A stretch of DNA of 64,000 nucleotides from Candidatus Saccharimonadota bacterium (lineage in GTDB: Bacteria > Patescibacteriota > Saccharimonadia > Saccharimonadales > OFTM59), in the NCBI GenBank assembly GCA_029260855.1, contig JAJDCK010000014.1:6018-70017 (forward strand), in the 5' to 3' direction. Below, piece after piece: positions 37,572 through 46,793 of the stretch. Each line of letters opens with the position of its first letter. Positions within the stretch are counted from its first letter, which is position 1. The notes beneath the pieces are model-generated. The model searched no databases, was not told the origin of the DNA, and saw only the letters and a list, made by a program, of their open reading frames with translations. Made by a program: the position numbers and the translations under genes.

Positions 37572-37691
37572 AGCACCTCCTCCTGCTTGCGTTATTGGTG
37601 AATAAAGAATAAGCCTACCCCGCATTTAATGCAGCGTGAAAATTCACAATTCGCTTGTTAATATTTACCGAGGCCTACAATTGGACATCGT

Positions 37692-38078
37692 TTAAATTGA
37701 TCGGCTCAAATCCTTGCTCACTAGATGATCTACTACCATAGCCAATTCTTCCGGCTTTGCATGAGCTTTAACGATATACTTATAGGCGCCAAGCGTCATA
37801 GCTTTTTGAACTTTTTTTTCGTCACCCAAGTTGCTTAGTATGACAATAGACACACCAGCGGGCTTGCCCTGCTTATTATATTTCTCCAGGAATTCAATGC
37901 CGCCCATCTCTGGCATGAGTAGATCGAGCAGAATAATCTTTGGCGCTTGTTCGGTAGCCTTTTCAAGCCCCTGCTTACCGTTATAAGCGGTGGATACTTT
38001 GTGGCCATGCCTTTTTAGTATTAGTTTATAGGCATCGCTGAGTAATTTGTCGTCTTCAATGATAAGGATATTTGCCAT
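37692..38078 (-). CDS. single-domain (CheY-like) response regulator
   Basis: MANILIIEDD...DLLMPEMGG...K receiver motifs, 128 aa. Confidence 0.9.
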   Translation of the reverse strand: MANILIIEDDKLLSDAYKLILKRHGHKVSTAYNGKQGLEKATEQAPKIILLDLLMPEMGGIEFLEKYNKQGKPAGVSIVILSNLGDEKKVQKAMTLGAYKYIVKAHAKPEELAMVVDHLVSKDLSRSI

Positions 38079-38121
38079 GTTGCCCCTTCCTTTCTAGACT
38101 ACACTATAATGACATGAGATT

Positions 38122-39291
38122 TTATTGTTGCTGTAAGAATTCATCCATTTGCGCAGGAAGCCCGTCATTATTATTACTCACTGGAATTGAAAAATAAAAT
38201 GTACTGCCCACGTTTTCGCGACTCACAAACCAAACCTTGCCACCCATACCGGTGGCAATGAGCTTTACCATATACAGGCCGAGCCCAGTGCCAAACGTCT
38301 CTTTTTGCATGATATTGCTGGCACGAAAAAACTTACTGAACACACCTGCCTGGCTCTCTTTTGGAATGCCGTAGCCTGTATCACTTATTTTGAGCAGGAT
38401 ATTCTTGTTTCTTTTTGCCAGAGTGACTTGAACGGTCCCCTTCTGAGGGGTGTATTTAATGGCATTGGACAATAAATTTGAGAAAACCTCTGTTAGTAAA
38501 AGTGGATCGGCTGTTACTTGCAAGGGCGCTCGCGGTAGATCCGTCCTCAAACTAATCTTTTTGGCTGCGGCAACTTGAGCAAACTCGTGACTAATAGTGC
38601 TTATGATTTCATTATAATCTATGCTTGAAGAGTTGATTTGGAGCTGCCCAGTTTCGATGCGGGATATGTCAAGAAATGTAGTAATCAGCTCATTCATGCG
38701 ATCAATAGACGACAAGATAACCTTCATGAAATCCCTCTGTGCGCCCGATAGATCCCCCGCATAGCCATCATACAACATTCTGGAGTATGTATTAATGGCG
38801 CTCAAGGGTGTTCGTAGTTGGTGCGAAGCTATAGAAATAAACTCGCTTTTCATGCGGTCTACTTTGTGCTCCTGAGTTATGTCGCGAAAGGTCTCGATAG
38901 CCCCTATGGGTTTACCCTCTTGTAATATAGGTGAAACCGTAGCAAAAACAGGCAGGCGCGGGTTCTTCTTGGTGCGGTAATATATTCGTTCGGAAATAGT
39001 GCGACCGCTTAGAAATGCACGGGTAATGGGGCGATCAATTAGCGGGATAGTTTTATTTTCGTGAGTTACGGCCATAACAACATCAGGGAACCACTTCCCA
39101 AGCGCTTGCTTTTCAGTTAATCCTAAAATATTAAGAGCAGTTTTGTTTATGCGGTATATAACACCATTTTCATCTGTGGCAATAGCCCCCTCCCCCATGC
39201 TCGCAAACAAAGCTTCAGTTTTTGCCCGTTCTTGTACGGCCCGAAGCGTACTATCCTGAAGTTCCTTTAGTAGCTCACTTAAATCAAGCAT
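38122..39291 (-). CDS. PAS-domain histidine kinase (no TM segments)
   Basis: PAS-like N-terminus, H-box FISIASHQLRTPL, N-box LLSNAIKYTP, DTGYGIP, GTGLGLYM. Confidence 0.9.
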   Translation of the reverse strand: MLDLSELLKELQDSTLRAVQERAKTEALFASMGEGAIATDENGVIYRINKTALNILGLTEKQALGKWFPDVVMAVTHENKTIPLIDRPITRAFLSGRTISERIYYRTKKNPRLPVFATVSPILQEGKPIGAIETFRDITQEHKVDRMKSEFISIASHQLRTPLSAINTYSRMLYDGYAGDLSGAQRDFMKVILSSIDRMNELITTFLDISRIETGQLQINSSSIDYNEIISTISHEFAQVAAAKKISLRTDLPRAPLQVTADPLLLTEVFSNLLSNAIKYTPQKGTVQVTLAKRNKNILLKISDTGYGIPKESQAGVFSKFFRASNIMQKETFGTGLGLYMVKLIATGMGGKVWFVSRENVGSTFYFSIPVSNNNDGLPAQMDEFLQQQ

Positions 39292-39303
39292 GCCTTTTTG
39301 TGC

Positions 39304-40413
39304 CTACTTTCCCGATGCCTTTGGAGGCCGTTTTGTCCCGCCTCCCTCCTCTATGATATCTGCCAGAATAGCGTTTATCTTGCTTGTTGCATCATTCATT
39401 TGCGCTTGTAGGTCTTTGCGCAATTCCATGTTGCGTAATGCCTGGAACTTGGCTTGGTTGAGTTCGCCTGCTTGCTTTATAACAGCTTTCTCAGAGCGAA
39501 TGCGACCGTACACAGCAACAGAAAGCACTAAAGCGGTTAGCATGATAATTAGCAAAAAGAAATGTAATGCGAAAAGATTATGCGCAGCTACCCCGCTATA
39601 TACATAAGGTCCCGTACCGACAAGCGTTCCCCAAATGGCTGCAAGCGCTATAACCATACCTGCGGTAACCGCGCCAATTTGCGTAAAACGCACTGCGGCC
39701 AAAATAATCAATGGGAAAAGAACGTAGATAAACGGCAGGGTCGAACCTAGAGATTGTGGTGGTTGTGTGAATATAAGCAGGCTGACCATTATTACTATGA
39801 GCAGCAGCGCCAGCGCTTCGTAAACGTGCTCAAACAGCCCCTCCCGATACGCTGGTGTACGCCAAGCAACTATAAATGGCACGATTAGAAAAGCGCCCAT
39901 AAGGTCTCCTACCCACCATGTAGTCCAGGCTTCACCTATGCTATATGAGGGCACCACACCACCCAGTACCAAACTACTCACCCCTATAGTTGCCGCAACT
40001 ATAGAGCTCAGGAGAGGCGCTACGACAACGAAGACGACAGACCCAGTAATCGATTCCAGGATTTCGCCATTGAGGATATAGCGCCTAATGAGAAAAACGG
40101 CTGTTACTGCCTCAAGCGTGTTGCCTAGCGCGATGCCTGTCGCGACAGAAGGCGAGACGCCCATTAATGAGTTAATCATAAATGCTCCCACGAAAATGCT
40201 AGGCCAATAGTGGTAGCCCCACAGCAACAACGCCGCCATAGCTATACCGCTCGGAGGCCAGACTGCAGTTATATAATCAAAATTTTGAGAGAGTGAAAGC
40301 CCAAGCTTAGCTGCCAGCATATAGACTACCGATAACAGCAGTAGTTTTATAAGATAAGGCCGCACCCCCTCTTCTTTAATAGCACGTTCAAAGCCAGCAA
40401 GAGTAGAATCCAT
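39304..40413 (-). CDS. MASE1-domain integral membrane sensor module with C-terminal coiled coil
   Basis: 8 TM. Typical MASE1 start YMLAAKLGL.L......ITAVWPPSGIA.AALLLWG...WP.IF.GAF. Same reading frame as the downstream kinase, separated by TAG plus 4 codons. Confidence 0.8.
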   Translation of the reverse strand: MDSTLAGFERAIKEEGVRPYLIKLLLLSVVYMLAAKLGLSLSQNFDYITAVWPPSGIAMAALLLWGYHYWPSIFVGAFMINSLMGVSPSVATGIALGNTLEAVTAVFLIRRYILNGEILESITGSVVFVVVAPLLSSIVAATIGVSSLVLGGVVPSYSIGEAWTTWWVGDLMGAFLIVPFIVAWRTPAYREGLFEHVYEALALLLIVIMVSLLIFTQPPQSLGSTLPFIYVLFPLIILAAVRFTQIGAVTAGMVIALAAIWGTLVGTGPYVYSGVAAHNLFALHFFLLIIMLTALVLSVAVYGRIRSEKAVIKQAGELNQAKFQALRNMELRKDLQAQMNDATSKINAILADIIEEGGGTKRPPKASGK

Positions 40414-40418
40414 CCTAC

Positions 40419-40673
40419 TTATACCCCTTCATTATTAGCAAGGTTCATCAGGCGACTGACATAGTTGCTTACAAGTTGCTTATCATTTGTTAAAAGCGCC
40501 ATTGATACCCTGCTCCAGGCTGCCAAGGTCTTTAGGTCTTTTTTGGTCAGTTCATCTGGCGATTTGTTGAGGTGGCTGTCAATTTGTCTGTCCACGAATC
40601 GGCGCGCAGCAGGACCAAGATAGTCGGCTGTGACTGCAAGTACGTCCTCGTATAGTGGGTTAATATTCACCAT
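40419..40673 (-). CDS. 84-aa hypothetical protein
   Basis: ORF tightly packed (2-5 nt gaps) between the membrane protein and the MASE1 gene. Confidence 0.6.
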   Translation of the reverse strand: MVNINPLYEDVLAVTADYLGPAARRFVDRQIDSHLNKSPDELTKKDLKTLAAWSRVSMALLTNDKQLVSNYVSRLMNLANNEGV

Positions 40674-40675
40674 AC

Positions 40676-41632
40676 CTAAACTTCCTCGATCTTCTTAAGC
40701 TTCTCGGACCCCTTTGCGATGAACCCGTAACCGATAGCGATAAATACTAAGAGGCAGTAGATTATTGCTAGAAGATACTGAAGCGTCCATGCTTCAACAA
40801 TAGTGTTAAGGGATAACATATAACGCACGGTTGCGCGCGACAAAACGATGAACACTACACCGCTCACAAAATAGGTCAAAGCCTTTCTGTAGACAATACC
40901 CTGCACGCTTTTTTTGTACAGATTTATAAAGTAGGCCGCGTAAAGTCCCATGTACCAAATCAGTAAATAAGGTATGACCACTGTAAATAATAGCAAATAG
41001 TCGGGTAAATAATAAGCTGCGCGCTCGCCTGCGGCTGCCGGAAACTGGCGCACCGGATTGGTAAAAGTTAGATATACATAAGATGTGCCGATCAATGTCA
41101 TTCCTATCATCACTACATATGCGGGCGTTGCCTTCGCTTTGCCGTCCACTATACTTAGTAAGCTACGTGCACCGTTGTAAATAAGCCACACTGCAACCAG
41201 TCCAACTATAATATCTATATAGTTGAAGACTATCGTACTGGTGGCAGCAAGTTGCGGCTGGGTGTCTTGGACAAAGCTCATTAGTCTGTTGCCTATAGCC
41301 CTTAAAGGGAGTCCCAGGGCTAGCACAAAAAGTCCATTAGCGATTGTTGATAAGGACTGCCCGTGCCTACTTTTGTTTATGGCTTGAGAATAATTTTTTA
41401 GTCTTACAGAACCAAAGCAGGCAATAAACCAAATAGCGATATAGGGTAAAATTATTGAAAGCCTTAGATTACGCGCTTCAAGAGGAGCGAGGTCATAGCG
41501 CGTCAATGCGTCCGAACTAGTGGGCATCCAAAAGATAAGGGCAATGTAAGCTAAAGCAAGAATTCCGAACAGCACATAAGCTTGCTCGGGTTTGATCTTT
41601 ATCAACATGTTTCTCCGCAACATCTTAGACAA
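40676..41632 (-). CDS. polytopic (about 8 TM) membrane protein, hypothetical
   Basis: 318-aa ORF. TATAAT lies 8 nt upstream of TTG 41632. Alternative ATGs at 41623 and 41608. Confidence 0.7.
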   Translation of the reverse strand: MSKMLRRNMLIKIKPEQAYVLFGILALAYIALIFWMPTSSDALTRYDLAPLEARNLRLSIILPYIAIWFIACFGSVRLKNYSQAINKSRHGQSLSTIANGLFVLALGLPLRAIGNRLMSFVQDTQPQLAATSTIVFNYIDIIVGLVAVWLIYNGARSLLSIVDGKAKATPAYVVMIGMTLIGTSYVYLTFTNPVRQFPAAAGERAAYYLPDYLLLFTVVIPYLLIWYMGLYAAYFINLYKKSVQGIVYRKALTYFVSGVVFIVLSRATVRYMLSLNTIVEAWTLQYLLAIIYCLLVFIAIGYGFIAKGSEKLKKIEEV

Positions 41633-41768
41633 CTCCGAAAATTATAGTATGAAACTTTCAGCAGGGCTAGCAGTACATGGCCAAATACGAAAGTTAACAG
41701 CTGGCTAGTCTTTGCCGTTAGCCCTAACATGCCTGTACGACTGCCGTAACAACATAATGGCGCGTAAG

Positions 41769-41918
41769 CTATCCGCGCTTTCGTTTTAGCTGCTTCCACC
41801 TGCGGGCTCGTAGATTTTCTGCTTTTGCTTCCCAGCCTGAAGCTAAGCTTTCATAGAATTTATCAAAACCTAAACCTGCAACGGCTGCAGATTTATAAAC
41901 GACCCTGCTTTTGTGCAT
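41769..41918 (-). CDS. 49-aa basic protein, paralog of 37422..37571 (not in ORF track)
   Basis: Own translation: GGAGG SD 7 nt before the ATG. MHKSRVVYKSAAVAGLGFDKFYESLASGWEAKAENLRARRWKQLKRKRG-TAG. Confidence 0.65.
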   Translation of the reverse strand: MHKSRVVYKSAAVAGLGFDKFYESLASGWEAKAENLRARRWKQLKRKRG

Positions 41919-42002
41919 ACTGTTTCCTCCGTATAATCTCTAGCCATAAATATAATGGAGGCGAGGTCTTCGTACAGTGAGTTTTCTCGCAAACCTTGAA
42001 GC

Positions 42003-42833
42003 TTACTTTTTGTCTGCTTGATGTATAACGCGCTGCGGAAACGGTATTTCAATGTTGTTTTCGCTAAATGCTTCTTTCAGTCTGGCGCGAAACTCTCCAG
42101 CTACGCCCCACTGTCTGCCGGGCTTGACTTTGCCAAGAGCCTTGACTATAACCGCAGAATCCCCAAACCCGTCAATGCGAAGAAACTCTAGTGGCTCTAT
42201 GATTTGGTCTTTCCATGCTGGGTCACTAGCCATTTTTTTAGATGTGCTGTTGATTACTTTTTTTACTATTTCTATGTCGGAACTGTAACTTATGCTGATG
42301 TCCATATTCACAGCTGACCACTCAAACGTACTATTTGTGATCACGCTAACCGTTCCGTTTGGGATAATATGGATATTCCCATCAAGATCCCGTAACTTTG
42401 TGATGCGTAGTGTAATCTTTTCTACAACCCCCGAAACATCACCCAATGTGACAATATCACCGATACGATACTGGTTTTCTATAAGTACAAAAAGCCCTGC
42501 AACAAAATCTTTAATGGCATTTTGCGCGCCAAGTCCAACCACAACACCAACTACGCCAGCACCTGTTAGTAGACCAGCTATGTTAACGTGAAAAATAGTC
42601 AGCAGCCCCACCAGGCTAATCACCCAAACCAAAATAGTGAGCGCCGTGCCAATAATACTAATAAGAGTTTCTTCGCGTTTTTGTTCCGCGAACATACTCT
42701 CAAATTGATGAGTCCGAAGGGCGCGCCTTACAACACTTGCTAGGAAGTGCTTAATAATGAATCGTGCGACAGTAAGCGTAAGGACCAGAATTACTATTTG
42801 ACCTATTTCGTCTTGTAGTTGCGGTAGAATCAC
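42003..42833 (-). CDS. small-conductance mechanosensitive channel (MscS family)
   Basis: 3 TM, GLGAQNAIKDF.AG, IGD.V......G.V..I.LR.T......G....IPNG. Confidence 0.9.
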   Translation of the reverse strand: MILPQLQDEIGQIVILVLTLTVARFIIKHFLASVVRRALRTHQFESMFAEQKREETLISIIGTALTILVWVISLVGLLTIFHVNIAGLLTGAGVVGVVVGLGAQNAIKDFVAGLFVLIENQYRIGDIVTLGDVSGVVEKITLRITKLRDLDGNIHIIPNGTVSVITNSTFEWSAVNMDISISYSSDIEIVKKVINSTSKKMASDPAWKDQIIEPLEFLRIDGFGDSAVIVKALGKVKPGRQWGVAGEFRARLKEAFSENNIEIPFPQRVIHQADKK

Positions 42834-42876
42834 TGTTTAACCTTAATGCTTTGTTTGGTACTGCGCAAGACGCTAG

Positions 42877-43416
42877 CTACCTAACTTGTGTTGCGATAAG
42901 CGCAAAACTAATCAGCACAAGCACAGAAGCAAGTGTGTTCGCCAGGGGTATAAGTACGTCATCGCTGTTTATCTTGTGGTTTCGAAGCGCATTGTTAATA
43001 ACAAATATTGCTCCAACACTTATCAACAATATAAAAACCAGCGATACAGCGACCAAGAATATATAGGTTAGCAAAACCGTTCTAGATATATCGAACCCTT
43101 GTCGGTATGCAATAAATAGACTCATTGTCGTGACGCCGAAAATACTTACCGGGACACTTATAACTAAAGAAATAAGCAGTTTTTTTAAGCGTTGCCGATA
43201 TAGCTGTGGATCGCCTATGTGCCCAGCGATCAGCGTAACATAATCTCCGGCTATGGCGTTCATGGCTGGAAGCGCAATAATAAGCGGGGTAAAAGATAGT
43301 AACTGGCTTCGTACAGCCTGAATACCAAACCCACCAAAGAGCGCAATAGAAGCTAGCCCTGATGAAAGCAAGACCGATGCCCAAAATCCTCTGTGAGGAA
43401 GTACAGTATGTATCAT
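42877..43416 (-). CDS. MgtE-like divalent cation transporter membrane domain protein (half 2)
   Basis: PLIIALPAMNAIAGDY...G and NSDDVLIPLANTLASV motifs of the MgtE/SLC41 TM domain. Confidence 0.7.
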   Translation of the reverse strand: MIHTVLPHRGFWASVLLSSGLASIALFGGFGIQAVRSQLLSFTPLIIALPAMNAIAGDYVTLIAGHIGDPQLYRQRLKKLLISLVISVPVSIFGVTTMSLFIAYRQGFDISRTVLLTYIFLVAVSLVFILLISVGAIFVINNALRNHKINSDDVLIPLANTLASVLVLISFALIATQVR

Positions 43417-44075
43417 GTTAGTACCCTGGACACTACGCCAATCATAAGTAGCACCAGCACGTTAAAAACCGTGTTCTCAAACGGAGGGATCACGTCGTCT
43501 GGGTTTGTACGCAATCTTCTAGCAATTAGCGTAACAGTCATGACAAGGGGGAACCCCAGTAAACCGGTTAATGCTCCCGCAAACATGGAAAGCCGTAGTG
43601 TTTGTATGAAGTCCGCGCCAAAAATTAACAGTCCCATGATACCCGCCAGACAGCCCACAAAACTACACGCTATGGTTGCGATTAATATAGATCTCCCTAC
43701 TGCTCTAAGGATAAACCAAGCGTGGCTATGTTTTTCTAGATCAATGTCGTGGTGCACGCTCGCAGCAAGTACTGCTGAGTTGGACACCATAAGGTCTACA
43801 AGACTAGGATATAAAATCAGCGTACTACCAACTAGCAATAAGGACTCCTTGTTCTTTTCTACTAAAACACTCAAGGTGGCCACAGCAACAATAGTAAATA
43901 GCTGGCCCCAAATAATTTGTTTTGTGCTGACGTCATGCTGACGGCGTTTTTGCTCAACAATTGTCCGCCAATGCCCACTTAACTGTTCGAGTAAGCTCAA
44001 CGGTACTTGATTGACATCGGTGTAAATCGGTACATTTTCTGCCCGGCTGTTCCTTTGCGGGGGTGCTGGATCCAT
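43413..44075 (-). CDS. MgtE-like divalent cation transporter membrane domain protein (half 1)
   Basis: LILYPSLVDLMVSNSAVLAA and NPDDVIPPFENTVFNV motifs. 4-nt overlap with the downstream paralog. Confidence 0.7.
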   Translation of the reverse strand: MDPAPPQRNSRAENVPIYTDVNQVPLSLLEQLSGHWRTIVEQKRRQHDVSTKQIIWGQLFTIVAVATLSVLVEKNKESLLLVGSTLILYPSLVDLMVSNSAVLAASVHHDIDLEKHSHAWFILRAVGRSILIATIACSFVGCLAGIMGLLIFGADFIQTLRLSMFAGALTGLLGFPLVMTVTLIARRLRTNPDDVIPPFENTVFNVLVLLMIGVVSRVLT

Positions 44076-44087
44076 CAGTAGCTCATT

Positions 44088-45020
44088 CTAGTTATCAGGT
44101 GTTTCTATTTCAACTTGTACGCGGTGGACGTTTGGGACATCTTGATGGACTGCGGCCTTTACTGTGTCAGTTATTACCTCGATCTCATCTGTGGTTAGCC
44201 GGTCATTTAAGTGCACCTCCAATATAACCAGTAATTTTGAAGAACCGACATACATTGTTCGCAGGTCAAGTACGGCATTGACACCTTTTACACCAAGGGC
44301 GCTATTTGTTATATCGCTGGCTACGGAATCAGAAACCGCGCGACCTACAATTAGCCCCTTGACATCGCGGATAAGAAAGAGCGACCCAGTCATCATCGCA
44401 GCCCCAACAACCATCCCGCCTATACCGTCGAAACGTAGATTACCGGTGAAAACATAGGCGCTCAGGGCGATTAATCCCAGGATTGCGGTCGTTGTACCAA
44501 GCGCGTCAACCAGAAACGTGGCTTTTGTCTCTACCATACCGGAATGCATAAATCGCTTCCACCAATGTTCTGTGCCAAGCGTCTGATTCATGCGTTTAAT
44601 GCTCCGCGAGAACGAGTAGAAGTTTGTGACAAGACCGAATGTTAACATCACAAATGCCAGCCATACATTATCAATACCCGTCGGTGCAATTAGCTGACGA
44701 TAGCCAAGCACGATTGATAATATGCCCGTGCCCAAGAACATGAAGATGCCTGCAATTAGCACCCAAAAAAATATCTCGCGTCCATAACCAAAGGGGTGTG
44801 ATTTGTCCCCGGCGCGAGCTGATTTATTTACACCGACAAGCAATATGACAGCTGTTAGACCATCCGATAGCCCCTGGAGTGATTGTGTTAACATCACAAC
44901 ACTGCCAGTCATCACTGCCACAATTAAATTGAGGGTAATATCCGATAAACTAACAAGTAGCGAAGTGGTTACTACCTTTTTGTCGCTCAGACGTTCGCGT
45001 TTTGTGTGCGATTCATTCAT
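44088..45020 (-). CDS. cation diffusion facilitator (CDF) family transporter
   Basis: 6 TM plus a C-terminal cytoplasmic domain. SLLVSLSD..LNL....TGS...L...L.SL.D pattern. Confidence 0.85.
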   Translation of the reverse strand: MNESHTKRERLSDKKVVTTSLLVSLSDITLNLIVAVMTGSVVMLTQSLQGLSDGLTAVILLVGVNKSARAGDKSHPFGYGREIFFWVLIAGIFMFLGTGILSIVLGYRQLIAPTGIDNVWLAFVMLTFGLVTNFYSFSRSIKRMNQTLGTEHWWKRFMHSGMVETKATFLVDALGTTTAILGLIALSAYVFTGNLRFDGIGGMVVGAAMMTGSLFLIRDVKGLIVGRAVSDSVASDITNSALGVKGVNAVLDLRTMYVGSSKLLVILEVHLNDRLTTDEIEVITDTVKAAVHQDVPNVHRVQVEIETPDN

Positions 45021-45111
45021 GTGTGTGGTTTTTGACTGGCGTCGCTCAATTTACTATTACCGTTATTATAACGTATAATCGTAAGCAATAAGAAGGTGGA
45101 GGTTTTAGTTT

Positions 45112-45816
45112 ATGGAAGAAAACAATACAGACTATGTCCCCAAGTCTAAAGAACCCAGTGACAAAGCTAGCGGACGCGACAAACTAGTTCTAAGCGTTCT
45201 GCTTGTTTTGTTTTTGTTGGTAATCATCGGGTTGTGTCTTTTGTACATGAATTCTAAACAAAAAATCAGTGAGCACAGTAGCGAGGTAGCATCGCTCAAA
45301 GCGCGCATTTCTACACTTGAATCATCGGTCTTGGCAGACGACACAGGGGTCTCGGGAGAATCAGTAAACTGTTCGGGGGGCTCTGCTTATACGGCAGATA
45401 TCGGCAAGTTTACGATTGAGCTTGACAGCCCTCGGGTTATTATTCGTGCTTTGGACGCAGGGTTTGAGGGCGGTCCGATAACCAGCCTAGAGATCGGAAC
45501 ATGCTTAGTTGATATGACAAATGTTGTGGACACGCCACCAACTGCGGAGGTAAAAATACTTGGCCATCCTGCAAGTTCATCATCGGATTTGCGGTCAGCG
45601 TATGAGTCGCGTGCAGGCATGGCATTAGCAGCAGACGGAACGATAACAATCGCCGGAGTCACGGCAAACAAATATACACTTGACGGACTTTTTCAAACGA
45701 CGGTTGTTTATTTTGACAACGCCGGAATAGGCTACGAAATTGAACTTTCGGACACGAACGATACAACCAATGCGATTCTTGCCGACCTAACCAGCGACTG
45801 GATATTTACTCCGTAA
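45112..45816 (+). CDS. membrane-anchored hypothetical protein
   Basis: GGAGG SD. One TM (LVLSVLLVLFLLVIIGLCLLY). Confidence 0.7.
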   Translation: MEENNTDYVPKSKEPSDKASGRDKLVLSVLLVLFLLVIIGLCLLYMNSKQKISEHSSEVASLKARISTLESSVLADDTGVSGESVNCSGGSAYTADIGKFTIELDSPRVIIRALDAGFEGGPITSLEIGTCLVDMTNVVDTPPTAEVKILGHPASSSSDLRSAYESRAGMALAADGTITIAGVTANKYTLDGLFQTTVVYFDNAGIGYEIELSDTNDTTNAILADLTSDWIFTP

Positions 45817-45818
45817 TT

Positions 45819-46289
45819 TCAGGCAACTTGATCAAAAAAACTCTTTGCTATATCGGCCACAAATTCACTAGCTTCTTTGATGTCGCTGCCAAGCCGTAGA
45901 GGTAACGGCTTTCTTTGAGCTGAGCTACGAAGTACTGTGAGCCCGTCTTCCTGCCGTTCTGCTGTAAAACGAAGCTTCGCTTCGCTTTCCAAATTTTGCA
46001 GGCCAATCCCAACCAGTATGTCGCCGTGCAATGTTGGCCGGTAGACTATCCTACTTTCAAATCTCTTAGCCCACGATGGCCCGTGTGAAACGACCCTAAC
46101 AGCGCTAGGGCTATCTGTATATCTGTGGGGCGATACTTCTTGCTGTTTCACTTCCCCTCCCTTTTCGTAACTAGCAATAGCTAATCTACCGAGTGTGTGT
46201 GTTGTACCGCTCGGATCGCAGATTGGTGCAAACTCACCACTGAGCGCTTCAAATAAATATGGGCTCACCAACAACTCGGGGCACTTCAT
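45819..46289 (-). CDS. hypothetical protein
   Basis: Start at ATG 46289 with TGGTATTAT 7 nt upstream. Confidence 0.55.
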   Translation of the reverse strand: MKCPELLVSPYLFEALSGEFAPICDPSGTTHTLGRLAIASYEKGGEVKQQEVSPHRYTDSPSAVRVVSHGPSWAKRFESRIVYRPTLHGDILVGIGLQNLESEAKLRFTAERQEDGLTVLRSSAQRKPLPLRLGSDIKEASEFVADIAKSFFDQVA

Positions 46290-46793
46290 TGTCAATATAA
46301 TACCATAAAATGGTAAACAATCAAAACCTATAACCTGAATCACGAATTAATCAACAGATAAAGCTCCCCCTTGTTGCTATTGATATGCTGAAATTAAAAG
46401 ATGTAAAGCAAAACGAGCGTTCCACAAAAACATCACATACTGCCCGATAGTAGGTGCTCGGTTCAAACCACAAAAAATAAAGCTTTGAGCCTAGGGTTTG
46501 GCCTGTTCCTGCCCGTATGTTTTTCTCCTGCACAGTACATGTATAGGAGGGAGAATAATTCACGAGCGCTAGCTGGGGCATTTGACTCTGTAAGGCTAGG
46601 CTATCGGTAGCACAACCTTAGGGCAAGAATAGGGTGTATTGATGCGCCCTGTTTTCACGTCTCAAAACAGCCTATATCCAGCCTTCAGCTTTCACTATTT
46701 GTCATGAAATCGGTACGAGCTTGGTTGTATAGTTGAGCCGAAAGAAAACTTTTTTCAGATTTTCTTATGGCTGAGCGCGTTGGTCTAGGTTGT

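Noticed and set aside
37635-37648. Palindrome CGTGA-AAAT-TCACA between the CheY-like RR and the 49-aa gene, considered as a second Crp/Fnr site.
   Set aside because: The half-site spacing (GTGA-N4-TCAC) is 2 nt shorter than the GTGA-N6-TCAC / TTGA-N6-TCAA geometry of the family. It is kept only as a note.
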